Source of the DNA: a virus
Strand: one strand, 5' to 3'
DNA length: 64,000 nucleotides
Virus record (IMG/VR): IMGVR_UViG_3300028559_000029
Coordinates: 6,744-70,743 of that record
Positions 26,471-35,512 of the stretch are shown here, piece after piece. Both the position numbers and the translations under genes were made by a program. How positions within the stretch are numbered: position 1 is the stretch's first letter; each line of letters starts with the position of its first letter. The notes under the pieces are model-generated. The model ran no database searches. It saw only the letters and a list, made by a program, of their open reading frames with translations, and was not told the DNA's origin.

Positions 26471-27325
26471 ATGAAATATACAAGTAACCTATTCGAGTCC
26501 ATTAAAGAGGCTCTTAACAAGAAAACAACATCAGAGAATGCCAACTATAAGGACTTCCTAAAGTTGGAGGTCGGAAACAGCTATGTAGTTCGTTTGGTTC
26601 CTAATCTAAACGCTCCGGAGAGGACGATGTATCACTACTATCATCACATTTGGAAGAGCATCATTACAACTCAGTTGGTATCCGTTCTCTGTCCGAATAC
26701 ATACGGAGAGACTTGTCCTATTGACGAATATCGTTCTAAGATTTATAACACCAAGAATGAAGCGGAAATTGAAAGGATCAAACCTATTCGTAGGAATGAG
26801 AATTGGCTTTGTAATGTATTTGTTGTAAAGGATCCAACAAATCCAGAAAATCAAGGTCAGATGAAAGTTCTTCGCTTCGGTAAACAACTTTATAATGTAA
26901 TCTCTGCTGCAATTAGTGGTGATGATTCTGATGAATTTGGTTCAAAGGTATTCGATCTTTCGGAAAACGGATGCAGTCTTCGTATTAAGGTAGAAGGAAA
27001 TGATGGTGGGTACCCTCAATACACCGCATCTAGGTTTATGTCTCCATCCGCACTTGAGGGAGTTGATGATATTGAACAGCTATATGCGTCTGCTAAGGAT
27101 CTTGATACTGTTTTTGAACATAAGACAAGGGAAGAGATTCAGGCTACTTTGAATACTCATTTCTTGGGTCAGGAAGAAAGTTTTGCTCCTACAAACAAGA
27201 CAATTGTTGAGGATGTAGAGGAAGATTTTATTCCAGTAACTAAAAGGGCAGATAACGTCATTGAACGAAACTCGGATGAGTTGTCTAATGATGATAAAAT
27301 TCAAGACATTCTAAAGGATCTGTAA
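26471..27325 (+). CDS. gp32: gp32-like ssDNA-binding protein
   Basis: VVRLVP, H..CPNTYGETCPID, NVFVVKDPTNPENQGQMKVLRFGKQL, FDL..G, YPQY..S.F, acidic tail ending IQDILKDL. Confidence 0.9.
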   Translation: MKYTSNLFESIKEALNKKTTSENANYKDFLKLEVGNSYVVRLVPNLNAPERTMYHYYHHIWKSIITTQLVSVLCPNTYGETCPIDEYRSKIYNTKNEAEIERIKPIRRNENWLCNVFVVKDPTNPENQGQMKVLRFGKQLYNVISAAISGDDSDEFGSKVFDLSENGCSLRIKVEGNDGGYPQYTASRFMSPSALEGVDDIEQLYASAKDLDTVFEHKTREEIQATLNTHFLGQEESFAPTNKTIVEDVEEDFIPVTKRADNVIERNSDELSNDDKIQDILKDL

Positions 27326-27326
27326 T

Positions 27327-27824
27327 ATGCAAAATCGAGAAGAAGTTATTGAAGCTGCAATGCTCGCACGTATGGTTGGTTCACACCTTATCGGTGTGGA
27401 CCAACTGACCACAGAGCGTTCTAATAATCCAGCAAATAAAATTAACATGGAGAACTTTGTTGCTCCATTGTTAGGCAAACAAACACATTCACAGACCTTT
27501 ATTGATCCGAGATCGGCTTCTCCTGAAATGGTAAAGGCATACGAAGGCTTGAATGAATTGGCACTGAGATCTGTTCCAGATCCTATCATGAGTCACCCAC
27601 AACCAAATACAGCACCATTAATGCCGCAAGTAGCTAATTTAGCGATTCACACACCGGAACCCATTAAAAATATGCAACACCAACCATCAGATTCGTTGAA
27701 TACTTTTGATGGATATTCTTGGCGTAAAGAAGATATCGGTTCTATTAAAAATTCATTGAAAAATATTGACAAAACTTTGGCGAAGATGTTTACTCTTTTA
27801 AAAGAAAAAGAAACTAATGTCTAA
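27327..27824 (+). CDS. Hypothetical protein
   Basis: 165-aa ORF between gp32 and gp45; Pro/Gln-rich linker and C-terminal coiled coil. Confidence 0.6.
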   Translation: MQNREEVIEAAMLARMVGSHLIGVDQLTTERSNNPANKINMENFVAPLLGKQTHSQTFIDPRSASPEMVKAYEGLNELALRSVPDPIMSHPQPNTAPLMPQVANLAIHTPEPIKNMQHQPSDSLNTFDGYSWRKEDIGSIKNSLKNIDKTLAKMFTLLKEKETNV

Positions 27825-28566
27825 ATTAATACCAATCCCAAAATCATTTTTAGAACGACTATTAAAACCTGTAAATAGATTAACAGAAAGTTGTATTTTA
27901 AAAACCGATAATCAAGGTTTATATACTATATGTTCTTCACCGGACAGTACTGTTATCTTATATGCTAGAGTAAAGCTTCCTAATGATGTTGAGAATCCTG
28001 TTAGGTTGAATTTAATAAACGTAAAAAAACTTTTGTGTGGATTGGATTGTTTAGGAAGTGATGGAGAATTTTCGATAGAATATACAGAAAATAACATAAA
28101 ATGTTCTAATACTCTGGATGGGGAAAATACTCATTTTAAATATCACTTGGTAGATGATAGTGTCATTCGAGAATGTCCTGTCAATATCAATAAGATTTCT
28201 AAATTGAATTTTGATACAGAGTTTTTAGTATCTAGCAATAAAATAAAACAGATAATGGCTGGATATGCATTTGCTTCTGATACAACAAAAATATACTTTT
28301 ATAGCAAAGATGATGGTGTATATGCAGAGATTAATGATAAAACATTATCAAATGTGGATAACATAACATTAAAAGTTTCTAATACTTTTAGTGGAGTAGA
28401 AATTACAGAAGCAGTTCCTATAAATACTGAAGTTTTTAAAAATCTTGCAACTTGCAGAACTGACGTTAAAATAAAAATTAACAATGAATACAAAGTATTT
28501 GTCTTTCAAAATAAGGATGATAACGATGTAGAATTAAAATATATCGTATCAGCCCTTGTAAAGTAA
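27817..28566 (+). CDS. gp45: gp45-like sliding clamp
   Basis: 249 aa, two repeated clamp-like halves, VILYA, FKYHLVDDSVI, C-terminal LKYIVSAL. Confidence 0.7.
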   Translation: MSKLIPIPKSFLERLLKPVNRLTESCILKTDNQGLYTICSSPDSTVILYARVKLPNDVENPVRLNLINVKKLLCGLDCLGSDGEFSIEYTENNIKCSNTLDGENTHFKYHLVDDSVIRECPVNINKISKLNFDTEFLVSSNKIKQIMAGYAFASDTTKIYFYSKDDGVYAEINDKTLSNVDNITLKVSNTFSGVEITEAVPINTEVFKNLATCRTDVKIKINNEYKVFVFQNKDDNDVELKYIVSALVK

Positions 28567-28594
28567 TAACTAAAAAATAAATAATATTAATCTT

Positions 28595-28918
28595 ATGTCA
28601 AAAAACAGAGTAACAATATGCAGCTACTTCATTAAACGTCTTCGTGACAGTGGATATGTAGTAGATAAACTATTCAATGATTATGCAGATTCCGATCCAC
28701 GTAGTTGGACGGCAATTGTAGATCCTACGGTGGCTTCTATATTAGTAACTTGCTATAATAATCACAATGATTTAGGTGAAGAATATTTTGAAATGCATGA
28801 TGGGGGGCAATTCATTCCAGAGCGATTTAAAATTAAAACAAGTTCTATCGAGGTTATTGTTGAATATCTTGTAAAATTTAATATCAACAACAAAGCCTCG
28901 ACATATGCAGGAGCGTAA
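28595..28918 (+). CDS. Hypothetical protein
   Basis: 107-aa ORF preceded by a TAAATA motif. Confidence 0.6.
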   Translation: MSKNRVTICSYFIKRLRDSGYVVDKLFNDYADSDPRSWTAIVDPTVASILVTCYNNHNDLGEEYFEMHDGGQFIPERFKIKTSSIEVIVEYLVKFNINNKASTYAGA

Positions 28919-29309
28919 AAAACCTTCAAGGAAAAAAAAAGAAACAATAACACCATCATTATCCTCTACACCAAATGTAGAGGATAATGAATCTTGCATT
29001 AAGAATGTAAGAGATGTAGTTTTTTCTTCTATGAATGACATAGAGCTTCAAAAGGCTCTAGACAATTTTCTTAAGAAAAATATTAAAGATAAAAATTTAA
29101 TAGTAAGAGATTTGAGCATTCTTCGCAACGTTATAACAGAGTATCTCGATGCTTATATATTGTTTGGATATAATTTAGAAGGAGAGAGGGTAATTGTTCA
29201 ACAGTTTAAAACCCCAAAGGACCGAGATGCTATAATGGACTTCTTAAAAACTATATTTTTAAGACAACAGCATGAAAATTTTTTGGATGATGAGGGATAC
29301 GAGGATTAA
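28905..29309 (+). CDS. Hypothetical protein
   Basis: 134-aa ORF overlapping the upstream gene. Confidence 0.6.
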   Translation: MQERKKPSRKKKETITPSLSSTPNVEDNESCIKNVRDVVFSSMNDIELQKALDNFLKKNIKDKNLIVRDLSILRNVITEYLDAYILFGYNLEGERVIVQQFKTPKDRDAIMDFLKTIFLRQQHENFLDDEGYED

Positions 29310-29315
29310 TATATT

Positions 29316-30074
29316 ATGTCTAATAGCTTTGTAAATTTAAATTTATTTCCGAGTGCAACCGCAACAAGCGGGTATAGAACTTGGCTTAATGAAATTGTTA
29401 AAACCGCAGGAATAGAAGATTTTGATCCTGTTTTAAAACCAATTAAAACACCCAATGGATATGTTAATGAAGATGGAACTCCCTATAAAGAATTTGATTA
29501 TCTGCAAACTATTCCAGACTTTTCATTATTGAGCGGAGTTGGAGATTATAGATATTCTTTGGGTCATATGGTTTCTTCTGCATTAGAAACCTTTCTTCCT
29601 AGAATTTTATTATATACAGAAGTAGCACAGGCAGGTGGATGTCAGGTTATAGAAAATTATGTTTGTGATGCCGATGGCGTTCCTATTAAACAATTAGAAA
29701 CTACATGTCCGGTGGGTACAACATTGGACATAATAAATCCACAGGAAGTTTTAGACTTTGTATTTACAAAATATAATACGAAAAAAACAGAAGACATTCA
29801 AGCTTTTTATAATTATATAAACGATAATTACATTAAGAATGGATTTATAGTTGAAATTTGTCAAATTGATAAATTTCCATATTTTATTTTTTTAAGATTA
29901 CGAAAAGAAAATGAAACAAAATATATAAAATATCATTACGATGATAGAACCGATGTATCTATTTTGTTCAAAACTCCTATTATATACATAGCACAAAAAG
30001 ATGCAACAGATTCTGATATATTAGAAGCATTGCAAGCAGAAATTCCCTTATATAATACTCGCCTAACAATTTAA
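29316..30074 (+). CDS. Hypothetical protein
   Basis: 252-aa ORF, convergent with and overlapping the spike gene. Confidence 0.6.
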   Translation: MSNSFVNLNLFPSATATSGYRTWLNEIVKTAGIEDFDPVLKPIKTPNGYVNEDGTPYKEFDYLQTIPDFSLLSGVGDYRYSLGHMVSSALETFLPRILLYTEVAQAGGCQVIENYVCDADGVPIKQLETTCPVGTTLDIINPQEVLDFVFTKYNTKKTEDIQAFYNYINDNYIKNGFIVEICQIDKFPYFIFLRLRKENETKYIKYHYDDRTDVSILFKTPIIYIAQKDATDSDILEALQAEIPLYNTRLTI

Positions 30075-32060
30075 TGCAGATGCTGGTAATGTATTTGCAG
30101 GGATTGTATAATTTCCCGTTATAGGTGTTGTTGTAGTGCCTTCGTAGACTACACTAAATTGTGGTGGGGGAATTAGATTTCCACCAGAATCTCTTTTAAT
30201 GTTGTATGGAATGTAATTTAATCCACTAAAAGGATCTAAAGCATTTAATCCATATTTTTCGTTTCTATTTTTGGTGTATAATCCACCACCACCGCAACCA
30301 CCGGATTTCGACTTAGGACCCGGTGCTGAGCTATCTCCGTGTACTGGACTCGGAGTTGGAATAGAACTTCCTCCCATTCTTTCTTGCCCCCATGCCTTTC
30401 TGTCATTCCAAAAACTTGCTTTTGGAACTGTTGTGCTATGAGTATGATCTTCTCCAACTCTTGTATGGTTGTGTTTAAAATTCCAAACAGACATATAAAA
30501 CAGCCCAACGCCTATTCCGGTTTGCTCTAATTCTATGGTCATTGCCATCATTATAGTATCATAAATTTCACAAATTAAAGAATATATTCCAGCTATTGTC
30601 ATTATATAACCAGTCATTACATATCTAAATATAATATCTTTTACTAAATTTCCAATTGAAAGTGTAACGGCACTTCCAACCCAATTTGGACCTTCTATTT
30701 TAAATTTAGAAGGAGAACTAACCGTGCTTTCTGTTCTCATACTAGGAACAATTAAATATGGACATGATAAAGCACCATCCATTGTTACATGTCCTTTGAA
30801 TGAGGCATCACCTCTGACGTTAAACGAGCCATTAATCATGGTATGCTGAGATTGCACAACAAATCCACTATCGCCACTCATATCGTTAGCATCCATGTAT
30901 ATATTTTTGCCTTTAATTGTAGTGACATTAGCAGAACCAAAAACAGCTTCTCCTTCATTGGCATTTAAAACCATGTCACCAGCCATTACATTAAATCTTC
31001 CAGAGGTTTGGATATCAACACCGGGAGATCCTGCATTAATTGTAAAATTATTTGCAACATCAAACATCACACTGCCATGGGTTCTTTGTGGAGGGCAAAA
31101 TACAACTTTTTCGCAACTTCCCTTACTTCCCATGGCTAAAACGTGACCATTGCCATTTTTCCCCGGCATGAAATACAATCCAAATACATTATGTCCTTTT
31201 TTCTTATAAGCAGGAACTGTATTTTTCTTTAATCCCGATTTAAAAACAACATCAGTTTTATATGGAACAATTTCTGCACCACCAGAACCTAATTGTTTTG
31301 AATATTTTGAAATATTCTCTGAATTATCTTTTATTGCCTGTGCAGTTGCCTTATCAGCAGCCTTGGTTGCTGCTACAGGCGATTCTATTTGTCCTCCTTT
31401 ACATGCAGGACTTCCACAACCACTTGGTCCGGTAAGTGCTATGTTTTTTTTAGGAGTTAATATAGGAGATATTAATGTTTTTGCTAAAAACTCAAGTACA
31501 TCTAAAGGAAAGCAAAAATACGGTATTACATATTTTCTAATACACGCAAATAAATTTTGAACTAAAGAACTATGGTTATCAACTAAGTGAGTAACATTGC
31601 AAATAGGACATGCAACCATTGCTCCTTTTTTATCCATTGCAGCTAGTCTTGCTTCTTGTATTTTAGCAGTTGCTTCTTGAAGTTTTGTTGCAGCTTCGAC
31701 TTCAGAATCCCCCTGTTTTCCTTTTATATTTTTTACATCACCTTTTGCATAAGATGTAGTAGAACCAGAGACAACTTCTTGTTTATTTCCTTTAATACTA
31801 AGATTAAAATGTTTATTAGAACCTAATGTTAAATTCTCCGCAGCATTTATTAAAATATGACCACCAGAAGATATTCTTATTTTGGACTGAGCCTTTTCGT
31901 TATTTGATAATTCTATATAAGAATCATCTCTAACAACATTTGATTTTTTTTTATCGAAAGACCTATAAACCGCAAAAATCAATCCACCAATTTTTGTAAA
32001 AATTGAATGATCTTCTTTTTCATAATTTTTGTCTAAGACAGGATTTGGTATCTTTGCCAT
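30063..32060 (-). CDS. Putative baseplate central spike (gp5 C-terminal beta-helix-like)
   Basis: IRISSGGHILIN, LSIKGNKQEVVSGSTTSYAKGD and INGSFNVRGDASFKGHVTMDG beta repeats; HNH..HTH metal-tip motifs; follows the gp5 OB-fold gene. Confidence 0.6.
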   Translation of the reverse strand: MAKIPNPVLDKNYEKEDHSIFTKIGGLIFAVYRSFDKKKSNVVRDDSYIELSNNEKAQSKIRISSGGHILINAAENLTLGSNKHFNLSIKGNKQEVVSGSTTSYAKGDVKNIKGKQGDSEVEAATKLQEATAKIQEARLAAMDKKGAMVACPICNVTHLVDNHSSLVQNLFACIRKYVIPYFCFPLDVLEFLAKTLISPILTPKKNIALTGPSGCGSPACKGGQIESPVAATKAADKATAQAIKDNSENISKYSKQLGSGGAEIVPYKTDVVFKSGLKKNTVPAYKKKGHNVFGLYFMPGKNGNGHVLAMGSKGSCEKVVFCPPQRTHGSVMFDVANNFTINAGSPGVDIQTSGRFNVMAGDMVLNANEGEAVFGSANVTTIKGKNIYMDANDMSGDSGFVVQSQHTMINGSFNVRGDASFKGHVTMDGALSCPYLIVPSMRTESTVSSPSKFKIEGPNWVGSAVTLSIGNLVKDIIFRYVMTGYIMTIAGIYSLICEIYDTIMMAMTIELEQTGIGVGLFYMSVWNFKHNHTRVGEDHTHSTTVPKASFWNDRKAWGQERMGGSSIPTPSPVHGDSSAPGPKSKSGGCGGGGLYTKNRNEKYGLNALDPFSGLNYIPYNIKRDSGGNLIPPPQFSVVYEGTTTTPITGNYTIPANTLPASALNC

Positions 32061-32084
32061 ATTTTTATAAACATATTTAGTTGT

Positions 32085-33206
32085 TTATGTTGAACCTTCA
32101 ATAGCAGATGCAAAATAAACAGGTCTTTGTATATCTCCACCATAAAAGAAAACCCAAACCTTGGCACTTTCATTCGGAACCGAAACTGTTCCATTAGGAG
32201 AACCGGAAGCGGAAGAATATGTATTATTGTTTCTTGCAGCTTGTCCGTTTTTAGGATCATTTTGAGAATCTATAATGTTTGCATTTGAAGAATCTACGGA
32301 TGGAATATTGTTTATGCCTAAATTATCAACATCTGCTCCAAAATAAGCCTTAACTCTTTTTTTATCTGCTTCTTCTATGTTATAAATTTCACCACCACTT
32401 CTTGCAGTTTCTATTCCCAATCCTATACCAAGAGGAACTAATTTATTAACAACATCGTATTCTTGATCATTTCCTGTAGCATAATTTGAATAATTTGAAC
32501 CTTGTAAAACAGTACCATAAATTGTATTATCATATTTATTATTAAGAGTTTCGTTCGGAGAATATGACATTTTTTGTTGTGTTCTAGACCCATAATACGC
32601 TTTAATAGAATCTATTCCATCTGCATTTCTTAGTGCTATTCTATTCATAACACTCTCAGCAAACATTATCTGTGCCTGTTCGCCCTGCGATCCAACTTCC
32701 GCTTCTAATACAGAATAAAACCAAGCCTTTTTAGCAGGATCTTCCAATTCTTTAACAAATCTTTGTCTTAATTCTTTAATTTTAGGATCTATGGTAGGAG
32801 AATTTTGAAATGTTGTTTTATTACCTTCAATATTTGATGTTAATAATGCAGTTGAATTGGGATTTACCATAGATACTCCTCCCATTGCATCAAAACCTGC
32901 AAATGTTGGAGTTCCGGTATTATTCACCTCAACCTTTCCGGTAGAAGAATTAGAAGTTACTGATGTTGCACCTCCAAATATCGGAGCCGCATATTCTGCC
33001 CATGGAAGAGTTTGTTTTAATCTATCTAAAACACCATATTTTTGTAAATCTACAGTAGTTCTAAATGTTACATCTTTTAATTTATTATTCCAATCCGCAA
33101 ATAAAGTATTTGTTAAATATGGAATAAAAACTTGAACTCTTTTTCTTCCTTCTGGATCATTATTACTAATGACCATTCCTAAATGATTTCCAAAAACAGG
33201 TTCCAT
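32085..33206 (-). CDS. gp5 N-terminal OB-fold protein with inserted cell-wall hydrolase-like domain
   Basis: GMVISNNDPEGRKRVQVFIP..LPWAE at the N-term and VPNESAKVWVFFYGGDIQRPVYFA at the C-term; central EAEVGSQGEQAQIMFAESVMNR. Confidence 0.75.
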   Translation of the reverse strand: MEPVFGNHLGMVISNNDPEGRKRVQVFIPYLTNTLFADWNNKLKDVTFRTTVDLQKYGVLDRLKQTLPWAEYAAPIFGGATSVTSNSSTGKVEVNNTGTPTFAGFDAMGGVSMVNPNSTALLTSNIEGNKTTFQNSPTIDPKIKELRQRFVKELEDPAKKAWFYSVLEAEVGSQGEQAQIMFAESVMNRIALRNADGIDSIKAYYGSRTQQKMSYSPNETLNNKYDNTIYGTVLQGSNYSNYATGNDQEYDVVNKLVPLGIGLGIETARSGGEIYNIEEADKKRVKAYFGADVDNLGINNIPSVDSSNANIIDSQNDPKNGQAARNNNTYSSASGSPNGTVSVPNESAKVWVFFYGGDIQRPVYFASAIEGST

Positions 33207-33207
33207 A

Positions 33208-34587
33208 TTATTCTACTGGAGGAGGTGGAGTAAAACTTTCTATTGTTGTACCAATCCATCCGAATGGTTGTAAATTTATATTCAATGGAGGCAAGTTTCC
33301 TGATATATTTGCTATAGAATATGAATATAAATTAGGACTTCCGATATTAACACCTGTATTAGAACTTTTATACCACTTACTTCTATTACCAACAGTACCC
33401 GCAGAAGATAAAACATCCTCTAGAGGTCCGAGAGAAGATCCAAGTCCATAGCGTTTAACTATTGTATTTGCAATAGCAAGTGCTTCATTATTAGCAATAG
33501 TACCAAATCCTATGTTTTGATAAAGTTTTCCTAAAAAAGTTTGAGGCAAATTTTCAATATTTCGTATAAATTCATAAACTTTTTGAGTTTCTTTAGGAAA
33601 TAGAGAAGCCAATCCTCCTAATGGATCATATGCAAAGTTAACTCCAAATGAAGCATAGTTAACTACGGTTTGAATTGCATTTAATGTTTGAAATAAGTTA
33701 TCAGAACCATTAAATAACTGAGCAAAAAATCCAACATCATCCAAAATTGTTTGTGCAGCATCGAGTATTAAACATATTAAATCCAGTGGGATTATTTGTT
33801 CAATAACACTTGTAATATATTGCTGAACCATTCTAGATATATTGTTTAACCATGTATATACTTGTTGCACTAGAAGAACCATTCCCTGATATATTTCAAC
33901 CAATCCTTGATATAACGAAGTTACAGCACCAGTTATGAACCACATAGCCTGATTTAAACCACCAAACGTATCAGAAGGAAGAGAAAGATAGGAGCGAGTT
34001 CTTATGACATTGCAAAAGTTTTCAATATCATCCACCATACCCGGATGTATTTTGTTTAAAAGATCAGTAGCCAAACAAGGAGTGTTAATACCCGGTCCAG
34101 TCATTATGTTTACCGCATTATTAGCAGAATATCGAGTAAAAGACCCATCAGAACCTATATCTTGAAGTTGTTCTTTCTTACCCGCAGGAGTATTTTTTAA
34201 ATTTTCCTCAAATCCATTGTCTTTTATATAACAAGTAACAAACCATTTATAAAGATCAGGAGTTATTGATACTGGATCTGATCCAGTAAACGTAAATTGT
34301 GCTCCTAAAGCATCATATCCCTTTATTAAAATAAAAAGAAGAGCGGCATAAAGGTTTTCATTGGGTAAACAGCTGTGTTTTATCTTATATAAAACACCAT
34401 CAGAACCAAATATAAGACCTGTTTGAAGTTCTAATGAAGCTATAGTGACTCCTTCAGTAGCATCATCCAACAAATTAACTATCGAATTCTTTGCAGAAGA
34501 AAGTGTATTTGTTATTGTAGAAGAAAAATTCAATATAGATTGTGCTACTGGATTTATTTTTTCTGAATTTGTTGTTGCATCTGCCAT
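33208..34587 (-). CDS. Hypothetical virion-associated protein with long amphipathic/hydrophobic helices
   Basis: 459-aa ORF co-oriented with and abutting the gp5 genes. Confidence 0.55.
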   Translation of the reverse strand: MADATTNSEKINPVAQSILNFSSTITNTLSSAKNSIVNLLDDATEGVTIASLELQTGLIFGSDGVLYKIKHSCLPNENLYAALLFILIKGYDALGAQFTFTGSDPVSITPDLYKWFVTCYIKDNGFEENLKNTPAGKKEQLQDIGSDGSFTRYSANNAVNIMTGPGINTPCLATDLLNKIHPGMVDDIENFCNVIRTRSYLSLPSDTFGGLNQAMWFITGAVTSLYQGLVEIYQGMVLLVQQVYTWLNNISRMVQQYITSVIEQIIPLDLICLILDAAQTILDDVGFFAQLFNGSDNLFQTLNAIQTVVNYASFGVNFAYDPLGGLASLFPKETQKVYEFIRNIENLPQTFLGKLYQNIGFGTIANNEALAIANTIVKRYGLGSSLGPLEDVLSSAGTVGNRSKWYKSSNTGVNIGSPNLYSYSIANISGNLPPLNINLQPFGWIGTTIESFTPPPPVE

Positions 34588-34611
34588 AATAAAATGTTAC
34601 TATAATAACTT

Positions 34612-35229
34612 ATGTCAAAAACCATAATTTACCCGCCAATTGGAATATCTGGTGCCGCATTATCTGGAAAAGATACTCTATGCTCATATCTTATTTACAA
34701 TTTTGCTCTTTTATACAATACAAAAGCCAAAAGATGTTCAATTGCAGGTGATATTATAAGAAAAGATCTACAAGAAATGATTTTTAGTAAGATAGATGCT
34801 GATATAGACATAAATGATCCCTTACAAAAGGAAAGTGTTCGTCCTCTGATGGTTGAATATGGTAGATATATGAGAAATCAGACAAACGGTAGGTATTTTA
34901 TTGAAATTTTGAACAAAAGTAAACAATTTGGCAAGAATTTTATCCCAATTATACCAGATATTCGCTATAATGAGTATGAAAAGGACGAATTGTATTGGTT
35001 GAAAGAAGAAAAAAAAGGAATTTTAATATTTTTAGAACGAGATGACATTCCTCCTGCCAATAAATTTGAAAAAAATAATAATATTTCTCTAAAAAAGGCA
35101 GCTGATATGGTTATAGAAATACAAAATTTTTATAAAGCAGAGGATTATGCTGATTTTATACAAGATTATGTTGATAAAATTATTACCACTTACCAACAGG
35201 GCATTTCTCAGCCCTTAGATAGGTCTTAA
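34612..35229 (+). CDS. Deoxynucleoside monophosphate kinase (T4 gp1-like)
   Basis: IGISGAALSGKDT P-loop, KESVRPLMVEYG..R, IIPDIRY.E. Confidence 0.8.
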   Translation: MSKTIIYPPIGISGAALSGKDTLCSYLIYNFALLYNTKAKRCSIAGDIIRKDLQEMIFSKIDADIDINDPLQKESVRPLMVEYGRYMRNQTNGRYFIEILNKSKQFGKNFIPIIPDIRYNEYEKDELYWLKEEKKGILIFLERDDIPPANKFEKNNNISLKKAADMVIEIQNFYKAEDYADFIQDYVDKIITTYQQGISQPLDRS

Positions 35230-35512
35230 CAGCCATATTACATCCGCATTTTCCGCATCTTTCAGAGCCAGAATCAAAAAATTCACACCCTCTGCATATG
35301 GATAAACGTGACTTTGCTTGTTCAGAATCAGTTTTTAATGCGTTTCCTGCCATTACACTTGCTGCATTATTTACTATGCTTCTTCCTAAGTTAACTGCCA
35401 TCTTAGTTGCTGATGGCATTTGCGGCTTATTTGATGATTGTAGCTGCTGTATTCTATTGCTTTGTAGACTTCTTAGTAATGAATTTTTGTCCATATTAGT
35501 ATTTATCGTCAA
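35183..35512 (-). CDS. Small Cys-rich protein
   Basis: RLSICRGCEFF..RCGKCGCNMAVKT..CPVGKW; overlaps the hub gene stop. Confidence 0.7.
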   Translation of the reverse strand: MTINTNMDKNSLLRSLQSNRIQQLQSSNKPQMPSATKMAVNLGRSIVNNAASVMAGNALKTDSEQAKSRLSICRGCEFFDSGSERCGKCGCNMAVKTYLRAEKCPVGKW

